Shown: positions 17,319-25,354, counted from the first letter of the stretch. The stretch is 25,928 nt of DNA from Chloroflexota bacterium (GCA_013153335.1 JAADEP010000128.1:1-25928); one strand, 5' to 3'. Translations and numbers: made by a program. The notes: a model not told the origin generated them from the letters alone.

Positions 17319-18503
17319 TCAGGGCTGGCTTGGGGGCAAGGCTCCATGGCGGGGCAGCATTTCGGCATAACGACGACGCAGGACTTCCCAGACCGAGGCC
17401 GCGACCCACTTCGGCGACAGGTACGCTGGATAGACAGGCAGGCGTTCGACCAGGTGGTACCCTGCTTCTTGGGTCACGGTGCGTAGCTCGTCCAACTTGG
17501 GCCAGGGCGCTTCGGGGTTGATGTGATCGGGCGTGATAGGCGAGACGCCGCCCCAGTCGTTGGCGCCGGCTAGAGGATAGAGCCCATAGCTTTCGGGCGC
17601 CAGGTTCGGCGGTGCTTGCAGGTTCATCGCCGGGCCGAAGATCAACCGGGCAACGGCCAGGGTGCGCAACATCTCCCAAAGGCTCGGCTCGGGATGGTGT
17701 GCCATACGGGTGCCCGGTTTGGCTCGGAAGTTTTGGATGATGACTTCTTGGATGTGGCCGTAGCGCCGGTGCAGTTCCGCAATGGCCACGAGGCTGTCGA
17801 CCCGTTCTTCTCGGGTCTCGCCAATACCGATGAGAATGCCCGTGGTAAAGGGAATGCGAAGTCGGCCGGCCGCTTCGATCATGGCCAGGCGGACTTTCGG
17901 CACTTTATCTGGACTGCCGAAGTGCGGCCCCCCGGGCTCGGTCAGCCGCGGGCTGACCGATTCGAGCATGAGACCCATGCTCGCGCTTACGGGCCGCAGT
18001 CGGGCCAAGTCCGCCTCGGTGAGCACCCCGGGGTTGAGGTGCGGCAGCAGGCCGGTCTCATGGAGCACGCGTTCGGCCATGGCGTGCAGATAGGCCACGG
18101 TCGACGGGTATCCCAGGCGTTGGAGCCATTCCCGTGCGACCCGATGCACGGCTTCGGGCTTGTCCCCCAGGCTGAACAAAGCTTCTTTGCACCCTCGTTT
18201 GGCCCCCGCCCGGGCCAGGGCCAGAACTTCATCGGGGGTGAGGTACCGCGCGTCGGGATCCGTGGGCCGCCGCACGAACGTGCAATACGCGCAGCGGTCG
18301 CGGCACAAGTTGGTCAAGGGGATGAAGACGTTGCACGAGTATGATATCGTGCGGCCATGGGCGCGTTGGGCCCAATCGGCGGCCATGGCCAGGAGTTGGG
18401 CCAAATCCGGCCCGGTCGCGTGGATGAGCCGGTGCCCTTCGTCTCGGGTCGCGTAGCCCCGAGCTTCGATGCGTTGCAGCAGCTTTCGTAAGGGTTCGTG
18501 CAT
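17319..18503 (-). CDS. cofG: FO synthase subunit 1, CofG (radical SAM)
   Basis: ISYSCNVFIPLTNLCRDRCAYCTF, GCKEALFSLGDKPE, PHLNPG, SMGLMLES, IPFTTGILIGIGET, QAPPNL and NDWGGVSPITPDHINPEAPWP motifs. Confidence 0.92.
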   Translation of the reverse strand: MHEPLRKLLQRIEARGYATRDEGHRLIHATGPDLAQLLAMAADWAQRAHGRTISYSCNVFIPLTNLCRDRCAYCTFVRRPTDPDARYLTPDEVLALARAGAKRGCKEALFSLGDKPEAVHRVAREWLQRLGYPSTVAYLHAMAERVLHETGLLPHLNPGVLTEADLARLRPVSASMGLMLESVSPRLTEPGGPHFGSPDKVPKVRLAMIEAAGRLRIPFTTGILIGIGETREERVDSLVAIAELHRRYGHIQEVIIQNFRAKPGTRMAHHPEPSLWEMLRTLAVARLIFGPAMNLQAPPNLAPESYGLYPLAGANDWGGVSPITPDHINPEAPWPKLDELRTVTQEAGYHLVERLPVYPAYLSPKWVAASVWEVLRRRYAEMLPRHGALPPSQP

Positions 18504-18546
18504 AAGACGCCTCAAAATCAGACCCTCGCTTGGAGCAGGCGTTGGG

Positions 18547-18554
18547 ATTATACC
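18547..18554 (-). promoter_or_regulatory. -10 element for cofG
   Basis: GGTATAAT on the minus strand about 45 nt upstream of the cofG ATG. Confidence 0.6.
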
Positions 18555-18627
18555 CGCCTTCGCCCTGGGCCACCTTCGCGCGCCCTCGGGACGGGTGCAG
18601 GCAAATCTCGTAGAAGCTCATGCCGCG

Positions 18628-18995
18628 GGCGGCGAAACCCGCGCTTGGCCCGCGGGCGGCTGAACCCGCCCGCTACAAATTCGCCGCCACATGCCCGCGT
18701 GTCGGGCCGGATAATCCGCACGCAATTTTATACAACTAGCCGCGGGCTTCCCACCCGCGGCGCCTGCGGCACGCGAGCGCGCCCATGGCCACGGGTTCGT
18801 GGGGATTCGCAGGCGGCGAAACCCGCGCTTGGCCCGCGGGCGGCTGAACCCGCCCGCTATCCTCGTCGTCTGCCGTGCGTTCCCGCACGTTGGGCCGGAT
18901 GATTCGCGCGCAATTTTATCCTAGCCGCGGGCTTCCAGCCCGCGGCGCCTGCGGTGACGCGAGCGCATCCATGGCCCCACGCCGCGGGATTCTCT
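18628..18995. repeat. Two-copy tandem repeat (~184 bp unit) built from REP-like GC-rich palindromes
   Basis: Identical 48-mer at 18628-18675 and 18812-18859; second shared block CTAGCCGCGGGCTTCC..CCCGCGGCGCCTGCGG at 18736 and 18921; shared GGGCCGGAT...CGCAATTTTAT spacer. Confidence 0.9.
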
Positions 18996-19059
18996 CCCCG
19001 CTTTACAACCTTTGCGCGCACCCATACCAGCCCTGCCCCTGGCCCTGGGCCCGGAACGC

Positions 19060-19067
19060 GGTATAAT
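19060..19067 (+). promoter_or_regulatory. -10 element for dedA
   Basis: GGTATAAT about 137 nt upstream of the dedA ATG. Confidence 0.6.
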
Positions 19068-19073
19068 CCCATC

Positions 19074-19203
19074 CCGTAATCGGGGGGAGCGAACCATTTC
19101 GTGAGGGGTCAACCGCCCTTACCTGGTGGGCTCGGGTGCTGCCGTATGCCACCTGGCCAGCGCGGCACGCGTTGGCTCATCTTTTTCTTGTCTGCAGGAG
19201 GCT
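19074..19203 (+). promoter_or_regulatory. Candidate structured 5' leader (possible attenuator or riboswitch) of dedA
   Basis: About 130 nt leader with mutually exclusive stems and a terminator-like hairpin at 19156-19176; no RNA family assigned. Confidence 0.35.
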
Positions 19204-19896
19204 ATGATGAGCTGGTTGAAAACCATTGTGGATATTTTTTTGCACCTGGATGCCTATCTTGGCCAACTCATCCGCGACTTCGGGCCGTGGATTTATGGCA
19301 TTTTGTTCGCCACGATTTTTCTCGAGACCGGTTTGGTGGTTACGCCGTTCCTGCCCGGGGATTCCCTGCTCTTTGCCGCGGGGACCTTCGCGGCCCTGGG
19401 CGAAATGAACGTCTGGGCCCTGTTTCTGCTTTTGACCAGCGCGGCTATCCTGGGCGACACGGTCAACTACTGGGTTGGCCATCGGATCGGCTTGCGCTTG
19501 TTCTATTCGCAGAACCCTTTTCTGCGTCGGGTGCTGAAGGAAGAGTATCTCAAGAAGACCCAAGATTTTTACGCGAAGTATGGCGGTTTTGCGGTCGTTT
19601 TAGGGCGCTTTGTCCCCATCGTGCGCACGTTCGTCCCCTTTGTGGCCGGTCTGGGCACGATGGATTATGGCAAGTTTTTGTACTATAACGTCATGGGCGC
19701 GGTGGCTTGGGTCGGGCTTTTCTTGTTCTTGGGCTACTTCTTCGGCAACATCCCCATCATCAAAGAGAACTTCCACTACGCGGTTTTGGGCATCATCGTG
19801 GTTTCTGTATTGCCGATGGTGTGGGAATGGTGGAAGGCCCGGCGTTCGTCGGTCCAAAAGCAGAAGCGCTATCAGCCCCATCACGTCAGCGAGTAA
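19204..19896 (+). CDS. DedA family membrane protein
   Basis: FLETGLVVTPFLPGDSLLFAAG, AILGDTVNYWVG and LGRFVPIVRTFVPFVAG motifs; ATG after AGGAGG. Confidence 0.93.
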   Translation: MMSWLKTIVDIFLHLDAYLGQLIRDFGPWIYGILFATIFLETGLVVTPFLPGDSLLFAAGTFAALGEMNVWALFLLLTSAAILGDTVNYWVGHRIGLRLFYSQNPFLRRVLKEEYLKKTQDFYAKYGGFAVVLGRFVPIVRTFVPFVAGLGTMDYGKFLYYNVMGAVAWVGLFLFLGYFFGNIPIIKENFHYAVLGIIVVSVLPMVWEWWKARRSSVQKQKRYQPHHVSE

Positions 19897-19915
19897 ATCC
19901 GCGGTGCCGGCATCG

Positions 19916-19949
19916 ATCCGGGGAGGGCGCGAGCACGCCCTCCCCGGAT
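19916..19949. terminator. Strong hairpin between convergent dedA and pckA (probable bidirectional terminator)
   Basis: Perfect 14-bp stem ATCCGGGGAGGGCG-CGAGCA-CGCCCTCCCCGGAT; U-tracts are weak. Confidence 0.65.
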
Positions 19950-19967
19950 TGGGCAAAGGCGTTGGAC

Positions 19968-21503
19968 TTAGGCCTTGATTTTCGCCAACGCTTCTTCGAA
20001 CAACTTCTTCAAGTAGGCGGCCTTCTCTTCATACGCCTTTTGATCTTGCCACGTCTGCCACGGTTTGAGCACCTCGTCCGGTACCCCGGGCACGTGGGTT
20101 GGAATGTAGAGCCCGAAGTACGGCTCGCGCTCCATGGGCACCTCGCGCAGCAGACCCCGCTGGACCGCGTGCACCATCGCGCGGGTGTAGGGCAGGGGGA
20201 AGCGATGGCCAACGCCGTAGGGGCCGCCCGTCCAACCGGTGTTGAGCAGCCAGACCTCGGTGCCGTTGCGTTGCACCAGGTCGACCAGCATGTCCGCGTA
20301 GCGCTGCGGCGGGTGCACCAAGAAGGGCGCGCCGAACGCGGCGCTGAAGGTGGCTTTCGGGTCCTTGACCCCGCGCTCGGTCCCGGCCAGCTTGGCTGTG
20401 TAGCCCAGCAAGAAGTAATCGCGGATTTGCTCGGGCGTCAGCTTGGCCAAAGGCGGCAACACACCGAACGCGTCCGCGCTCAAGAAGAACACGACCTTGG
20501 GATGGCCGCCTCGACCTTCGAGGTCCGCATTGGGCAAGAAGGACAGCGGGAAGGACCCGCGCGTGTTCTCGGTGTAGCGCGCGTCGTTGAAGTCCACAAT
20601 GCGGGTTTCCGGGTCTACGACCACGTTTTCCAGAATCGCGCCGAAGCGGTGCACCGCTTGCCAAATCAGGGGCTCGTGTTCGGCTGAGAGCCGAATGACC
20701 TTCGCGTAACTTCCACCTTCGAAGTTGAACACCCCGTCATCGGCCCATCCGTGTTCGTCGTCGCCGATGATGGTGCGTTCGGTATCCATCGAAAGCGTGG
20801 TTTTGCCCGTGCCCGAGAGGCCGAAGAACAGGCTGACGTCGTTCTTATCCTGCCCATAATTGGCCGAGCAGTGCATGGATAGGACATCGCGCAGCGGGAG
20901 TTCATAATTCAACGCGGTGAAGATGGACTTTTTGACCTCGCCGGCGTACGCGGTGCCGCCGATGATCACTTCCTTTCGTCCTAAGTGCAGAATGATAAAC
21001 GCTTCGGAGCGGGTGCCGTCGGTTTCGGGTGTGGCTTTGAAATACGGTGCGTGCAAGATCGTGTATTCGGCGAACACGGGGTGGTCGCCCTCCAGAGGGA
21101 GGAACATGTTGCGGGCGAACAAAGCGTGCACCGGGGATTCGGTGATCATGCGAACCCGAATTCGGTGTTGAGGATGTGCGCCCGCGTACACATCCTGGCC
21201 GTAGAGGGTGCGTTGGCCTTGCAAATAGGCGAGGACACGGCCGCGCAACCGCATGTACGCGTCCTCTTCAAAGGGGACGTTGACTTCGCCCCACCAAATG
21301 TGATCCGCGGTTTGGGGCTCACGCACAACGAATTTGTCTTTGGGCGAACGACCGGTGTAGGGGACGGTGTTGATGACGATGGCGCCGTCGTGGGATAGCT
21401 GGCCTTGGCCTTTTTGGACCGCGTGCTCGTACAAGACCGCCCGGCGGAGGTTCCACAAGACCTGCGCCTCAGCAAGTTCTGGGGGGACACGGTGCGACGT
21501 CAT
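19968..21503 (-). CDS. pckA: Phosphoenolpyruvate carboxykinase (ATP)
   Basis: YTGRSPKDKF, GTAYAGEVKKSIF, SMHCSAN, FFGLSGTGKTTLS, IIGDDEHGW and DAFGVLPP motifs; ATG at 21503 after GGAGG. Confidence 0.97.
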   Translation of the reverse strand: MTSHRVPPELAEAQVLWNLRRAVLYEHAVQKGQGQLSHDGAIVINTVPYTGRSPKDKFVVREPQTADHIWWGEVNVPFEEDAYMRLRGRVLAYLQGQRTLYGQDVYAGAHPQHRIRVRMITESPVHALFARNMFLPLEGDHPVFAEYTILHAPYFKATPETDGTRSEAFIILHLGRKEVIIGGTAYAGEVKKSIFTALNYELPLRDVLSMHCSANYGQDKNDVSLFFGLSGTGKTTLSMDTERTIIGDDEHGWADDGVFNFEGGSYAKVIRLSAEHEPLIWQAVHRFGAILENVVVDPETRIVDFNDARYTENTRGSFPLSFLPNADLEGRGGHPKVVFFLSADAFGVLPPLAKLTPEQIRDYFLLGYTAKLAGTERGVKDPKATFSAAFGAPFLVHPPQRYADMLVDLVQRNGTEVWLLNTGWTGGPYGVGHRFPLPYTRAMVHAVQRGLLREVPMEREPYFGLYIPTHVPGVPDEVLKPWQTWQDQKAYEEKAAYLKKLFEEALAKIKA

Positions 21504-21540
21504 GATTCGCGCCTCCGAAAAAAGGATGTGGTCTAGTCGC

Positions 21541-21548
21541 ATTATACC
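21541..21548 (-). promoter_or_regulatory. -10 element for pckA
   Basis: GGTATAAT on the minus strand between der and pckA. Confidence 0.6.
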
Positions 21549-21593
21549 GCTTTGCGCCGGGCTACGGAGGCAAACTCATAAAATGCGGCCTTT

Positions 21594-23003
21594 CTAGCGG
21601 GCCTTTTTTCGTTTTTGGCGTCGCTCCCGAGGTTTGAGCAAAATGCGGATAGGCGTGCCCGGGAAGGGATGGGCCTCGCGCAGGCGGTTCTCTAGATAGC
21701 GCAAGTACGAGAAGTGCGCGAGTTTGGGGTCGTTCACCCGCAGCAGGAAGGTGGGCGGCGCCACGCCGACCTGGGAGCCGAAATAAATCTTGAGCGCTTT
21801 GGTGCCTTTCATGGGCGGCGGGTGTTGATCCACGGCTTCGCCCAAGATGCGGTTCACGAAAGAGGTAGGCAGGCGGGTGTAGCGCGCCTTGTAAACCTCC
21901 AAAGCCGTGGGCAGAATTTGGCCCACCCGTTGCCCGGTTTTGGCTGAGACAAACAGGATGGGCGCGTAGTCCAGAAAATGCAAGTTCTGCCGCACGTGTT
22001 CTGTGAAGCGGTTCATGGTGTAGGTGTCTTTGTCCAGCGCATCCCATTTGTTCACTACCAGGACAACCGACTTGCCCGCGTCTTGGATATAGCCCCCGAT
22101 GTGCGCGTCTTGCGCGGTCACGCCTTCGGTCGCGTCGAGCACCAACAGCGCGACGTCCGCACGCTGCAGCGCGCGGAGCGCACGAAGCACGCTGTATTTT
22201 TCCACCCCGGGCTCGACCCGGCCTTTGCGTCGGATGCCCGCGGTGTCGATCAGCACCACGTCTTGCCCAAAGTAGCGCAGTCGGGTGTCCACCGCGTCGC
22301 GCGTGGTGCCCGGGATGTCGCTGACCAAGACCCGTTCTTGGCCCAGCAGGCGGTTGAGCAGGCTGGACTTGCCCACATTAGGGCGGCCTACGATCGCGAG
22401 TTTGGGCACGTCCTCGTCGTCATCTTGTTCATCAAAACGCGGGGCCCAAGGGATGACCTCGAGCAGCCGGTCGAGCATATCGCCCATCCCGCGGCCATGG
22501 AGCGCGGAGACCGGGATCGGGTCGCCGAAGCCGAGTTCGTAAAACGAATACAGGTCTTCGGCCTGGCTATCGGCGTCCACTTTGTTGACGACCAACAGCA
22601 CCGGCGGATGGGGGCGCCCGCCTTTGCGTTGCTGCAACCGCCGCAAGGTCTCGGCCACCGCGCGGTCGGCCGCGGTCACGCCCGAGGTCGCGTCAACCAC
22701 GAAGAGCACCGCATCCGCGGCTTGCACGGCCTCGGCTGCTTGCTGACGGATTTTGTCAATAAAAGGCGCGGAATCAATCGACAGAGGCTCCTTCCCGCGG
22801 GTGCCCGCGGTGGGGTCGAGCCCACCGGTGTCGACCACATCGAAGACCCGGTCCAGCCACTCCGCGGTGCCGACCAGGCGGTCGCGCGTGGTTCCGGGTA
22901 CGTCGTTGACCACGGCCCGACGTTCGCCAATCAGGCGGTTGAACAACGTAGACTTGCCTACATTGGGCCGTCCGACAATCGCCACCAAAGGTCGACGTGG
23001 CAT
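21594..23003 (-). CDS. der: Ribosome biogenesis GTPase Der (EngA)
   Basis: Two tandem G domains (GRPNVGKS/DTGG/NKVD and GRPNVGKS/DTAG/NKWD) plus a KH-like tail (PPTF..., YLENRLRE...GTPIRI); ATG at 23003 after GGGAGGT. Confidence 0.97.
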   Translation of the reverse strand: MPRRPLVAIVGRPNVGKSTLFNRLIGERRAVVNDVPGTTRDRLVGTAEWLDRVFDVVDTGGLDPTAGTRGKEPLSIDSAPFIDKIRQQAAEAVQAADAVLFVVDATSGVTAADRAVAETLRRLQQRKGGRPHPPVLLVVNKVDADSQAEDLYSFYELGFGDPIPVSALHGRGMGDMLDRLLEVIPWAPRFDEQDDDEDVPKLAIVGRPNVGKSSLLNRLLGQERVLVSDIPGTTRDAVDTRLRYFGQDVVLIDTAGIRRKGRVEPGVEKYSVLRALRALQRADVALLVLDATEGVTAQDAHIGGYIQDAGKSVVLVVNKWDALDKDTYTMNRFTEHVRQNLHFLDYAPILFVSAKTGQRVGQILPTALEVYKARYTRLPTSFVNRILGEAVDQHPPPMKGTKALKIYFGSQVGVAPPTFLLRVNDPKLAHFSYLRYLENRLREAHPFPGTPIRILLKPRERRQKRKKAR

Positions 23004-23026
23004 GCGACACCTCCCATCAGGTGGGG

Positions 23027-23824
23027 CTAGGCTTCTGAGCTCGGGCGCGGTTCGGCACCATCCACACGGATGAACAGCGCGTCTTGCTGCAAAATGCGCC
23101 GGTCTTCTGGGGCCAGAAATTGGCTCCACGCGCCCCGGTAAACGAACCCTCGTTCGGTGAGAAACCGATAGATGTCCTGGAACAGCGCCATCCCCTCATA
23201 GAGCTCTTCAAAGGACGTTTCGACCAAGCAGTACGTGACCTCGCGCAAGGTCTGCTCTGCCCCGCGCAAGACCTCGAGCTCATATCCCTGTACGTCCATT
23301 TTAAGCAAAACCCGAGGTCGAAGGTGCAATTGCGGCCGCAGCGCGTCCAGAGGCACCACCTGCACCGAGCCGCTGGCGTGCGATTCGGTCCATGGGAAGG
23401 CGTCTCGGTGCGCCCGCGCCATGGGACGCAGCGACGAAGCTGCGGTGTAAGGGCTGGCCCACAAGGTTTTGGTTTCGTTGTGCGCGCCCAGCGCGACCGG
23501 GAACCCCGTCCATCGGCCCCGCTTGCGCATGGTTTGGCTCAGCCGCGCGAAGGGCTGGGGTTGAGGCTCAAAGGAATAAATATGGGCCCGTGGGAACATC
23601 ACCCGCGCGGCCGTGGCGAATTCGCCCACATGCGCGCCCACGTCCAGCACGGTTCGCACGTCCCAGCGTTCGAGCCAAGGGCGATAGCGCAGCATTTTGA
23701 TGTATTCGGCCGGATGCGCGCCGTGAAGGAGCCCGTGGATAAGCCGCGGCAGTTCCCCGGGGCGCTGCAAGGCCTCGAGGCCAAATTGCCATGCCTTTTG
23801 CACGAGATAGGCGACTTTGCCCAT
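23027..23824 (-). CDS. FkbM family methyltransferase
   Basis: VLDVGAHVGEF, IYSFEPQP and LLKMDVQGYELEVLRGA motifs. Confidence 0.9.
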   Translation of the reverse strand: MGKVAYLVQKAWQFGLEALQRPGELPRLIHGLLHGAHPAEYIKMLRYRPWLERWDVRTVLDVGAHVGEFATAARVMFPRAHIYSFEPQPQPFARLSQTMRKRGRWTGFPVALGAHNETKTLWASPYTAASSLRPMARAHRDAFPWTESHASGSVQVVPLDALRPQLHLRPRVLLKMDVQGYELEVLRGAEQTLREVTYCLVETSFEELYEGMALFQDIYRFLTERGFVYRGAWSQFLAPEDRRILQQDALFIRVDGAEPRPSSEA

Positions 23825-23828
23825 GCGC

Positions 23829-25352
23829 TCACTCCCGGGGGTGCGAAATCAGACGGATCCAATATTCGTCCAAGCCGGCTACCCATCCGCCTTGGCCCAG
23901 GGTGCCAAACAAAAAGCCCACGTCGCCTTCCTCCAACGAGGCATCGACCGCCTGTGCGAGGCGTTGTTCCCCGCGCCAGAAGCGCAAGGTCGCCCCGTCG
24001 CACTGGATGCGCAATTCTTCGACCGCGCCCGCGCGCAACGGACGCTCGCTCGCGGTCCACGGCACCAGGTAGGTCTCGCCTTCCACCTGATATCGCAGGA
24101 TCGCGTACGCGCCATCCGTGCGCAGGACGAAGGCGTAGAAATCTCGTCCTTGCTGATAGCGACAGGTCAGGCCAAGGTAAGCGCCCGGGACGGGGTTCTG
24201 CACGCGGAAGCGCGCCTGAACGTCTACGTCTCGGGGGCCCATATCCAGCACAAAAGCCTGGGTGTAGTGGGGATCGGTCAGCGAGACCCACATGACGCCT
24301 TCGGTGAATTGGGTCCAGCCGTGTTCGTCCGCGAAGAGCCACGACCAATGCGGGGTCACCAAGGTGTCGTGGGCCAAAAGGATGGAGGCCGAGGCCGGGG
24401 CTTGCGGCGTGGCGACCGCGGTCGGGGTGGGCGCGTCGTGCCGCCCTTGCCGCGCGGCCGCGATCAGCGCCTGGCCTAAGTCCACCGGTCGCAAGGTGTT
24501 CAGAAATCCACCCACAGGGACGCAGGTATCGCGGGCGTCGATGGTTCCGTCGTGGTTGGTGTCTTGCACCAGACGGCAATCGGTTACGGGCGCGTCGGGC
24601 CCGACGCCCACCTGCACAGGGACCGCGACCAGGCGCCCGTGGCGATCCAGGGCCGCGCCGCCGCTGTTGCCGCGCGCGAGCATGGCCGTGGTTTTGATGA
24701 GGGCCCGTGGGCCGTAGGGCGGTTGTTCGACAAAGCCCGCGACCACACCCTGGCTCAGGGTGATGGTCGAACCGCCGATACCGGGGTAGCCCAAGATGGT
24801 GATGGGGTCCCCCAGGCTCAACGTGCTGGGGTCCCCGAGGGGGATGAAGGGTAGCTGCAGCTTGGCGGGGTCGACCGGGCGTCCTTGGACGTCGTGGGTG
24901 ATGCGCAGGACGGCCAGGTCTACGTCCGGGTCCATTTGGACGATCTGCGCGCGATAGCGCGGTTGTGGCGGTGTTTCCGCGCGGTCGGTCATGCGCACCA
25001 CGATGGTGGTCTCAGGGCTTTCGCCGGGCCGGGGCCACACTCCGTGGGCGCAGGTGAGGATGAGCCCTTCGGGGTGGATCAGGGTGCCCGACGCGCTGCG
25101 CAACCGTCGGCCTTCGCTCGAATACAGCTCAAGCATGACCACGGCCTGGTAGGGGACCGATGCTTCGGTTGGGCTCGCGGTCGGGCGCGGTTCGGCTTGT
25201 CGCTGTCCCAGGCGATAACCGACTCCGAGCCCGCCGAGGCTCATCCCCAAGGCCAAGAGCAAGACCCACGGCCACAAGCGACGGGGCCGACGGCGCGCGG
25301 GCTCCGCGTGGGGCATGTTCGCGGGAAACGGCGAACCCGATGGGGTATGCAT
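23829..25352 (-). CDS. Membrane-anchored trypsin-like (S1) serine protease with a C-terminal beta-rich domain
   Basis: N-terminal hydrophobic segment (LWPWVLLLALGMSLGGLGVG); catalytic triad motifs LTCAHGV, DLAVL and GNSGG; Pro/Thr/Ala linker; no PDZ domain evident. Confidence 0.85.
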   Translation of the reverse strand: MHTPSGSPFPANMPHAEPARRRPRRLWPWVLLLALGMSLGGLGVGYRLGQRQAEPRPTASPTEASVPYQAVVMLELYSSEGRRLRSASGTLIHPEGLILTCAHGVWPRPGESPETTIVVRMTDRAETPPQPRYRAQIVQMDPDVDLAVLRITHDVQGRPVDPAKLQLPFIPLGDPSTLSLGDPITILGYPGIGGSTITLSQGVVAGFVEQPPYGPRALIKTTAMLARGNSGGAALDRHGRLVAVPVQVGVGPDAPVTDCRLVQDTNHDGTIDARDTCVPVGGFLNTLRPVDLGQALIAAARQGRHDAPTPTAVATPQAPASASILLAHDTLVTPHWSWLFADEHGWTQFTEGVMWVSLTDPHYTQAFVLDMGPRDVDVQARFRVQNPVPGAYLGLTCRYQQGRDFYAFVLRTDGAYAILRYQVEGETYLVPWTASERPLRAGAVEELRIQCDGATLRFWRGEQRLAQAVDASLEEGDVGFLFGTLGQGGWVAGLDEYWIRLISHPRE

Positions 25353-25354
25353 CG

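Noticed and set aside
17319-17321. Selenocysteine at the cofG TGA with the downstream hairpin as a SECIS
   Set aside because: The position is in a linker and does not align to a catalytic Cys; the hairpin loop is not a convincing bacterial SECIS; no sel genes in the window.
18628-18995. Repeat array as a CRISPR
   Set aside because: Only two long units; the intervening sequences are homologous to each other rather than unique spacers; no cas genes in the window.
18544-19070. MITE with 11-bp terminal inverted repeats
   Set aside because: No target-site duplication is visible and the repeats coincide with the genome's consensus -10 box; kept only as an alternative in the promoter finding.
18498-19112. 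ORFs across the repeat region (18498-18902, 18875-19066, 18921-19112)
   Set aside because: They are translations of palindromic repeats, with low-complexity Arg/Pro/Ala content and no RBS.
19968-21503. PckA substitutions (EGGSYAK for EGGCYAK, ENTRGSFP for ENTRAAYP)
   Set aside because: The P-loop, GDDEHGW and metal ligands are intact; these look like ordinary divergence, not inactivation.
1769-23129. Longer upstream starts from the ORF track for rplE, rpsH, rplF, rplO, rpsD, surE, cofH, dedA, pckA and der
   Set aside because: Internal ATG/GTG codons with well-spaced GGAGG-type RBS and family-typical N-termini fit better.
23084-24295. 403-aa plus-strand ORF and neighbouring 21978-23030 and 19707-20687 ORFs
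   Set aside because: Antisense to FkbM/protease, der and pckA, which carry the real motifs.
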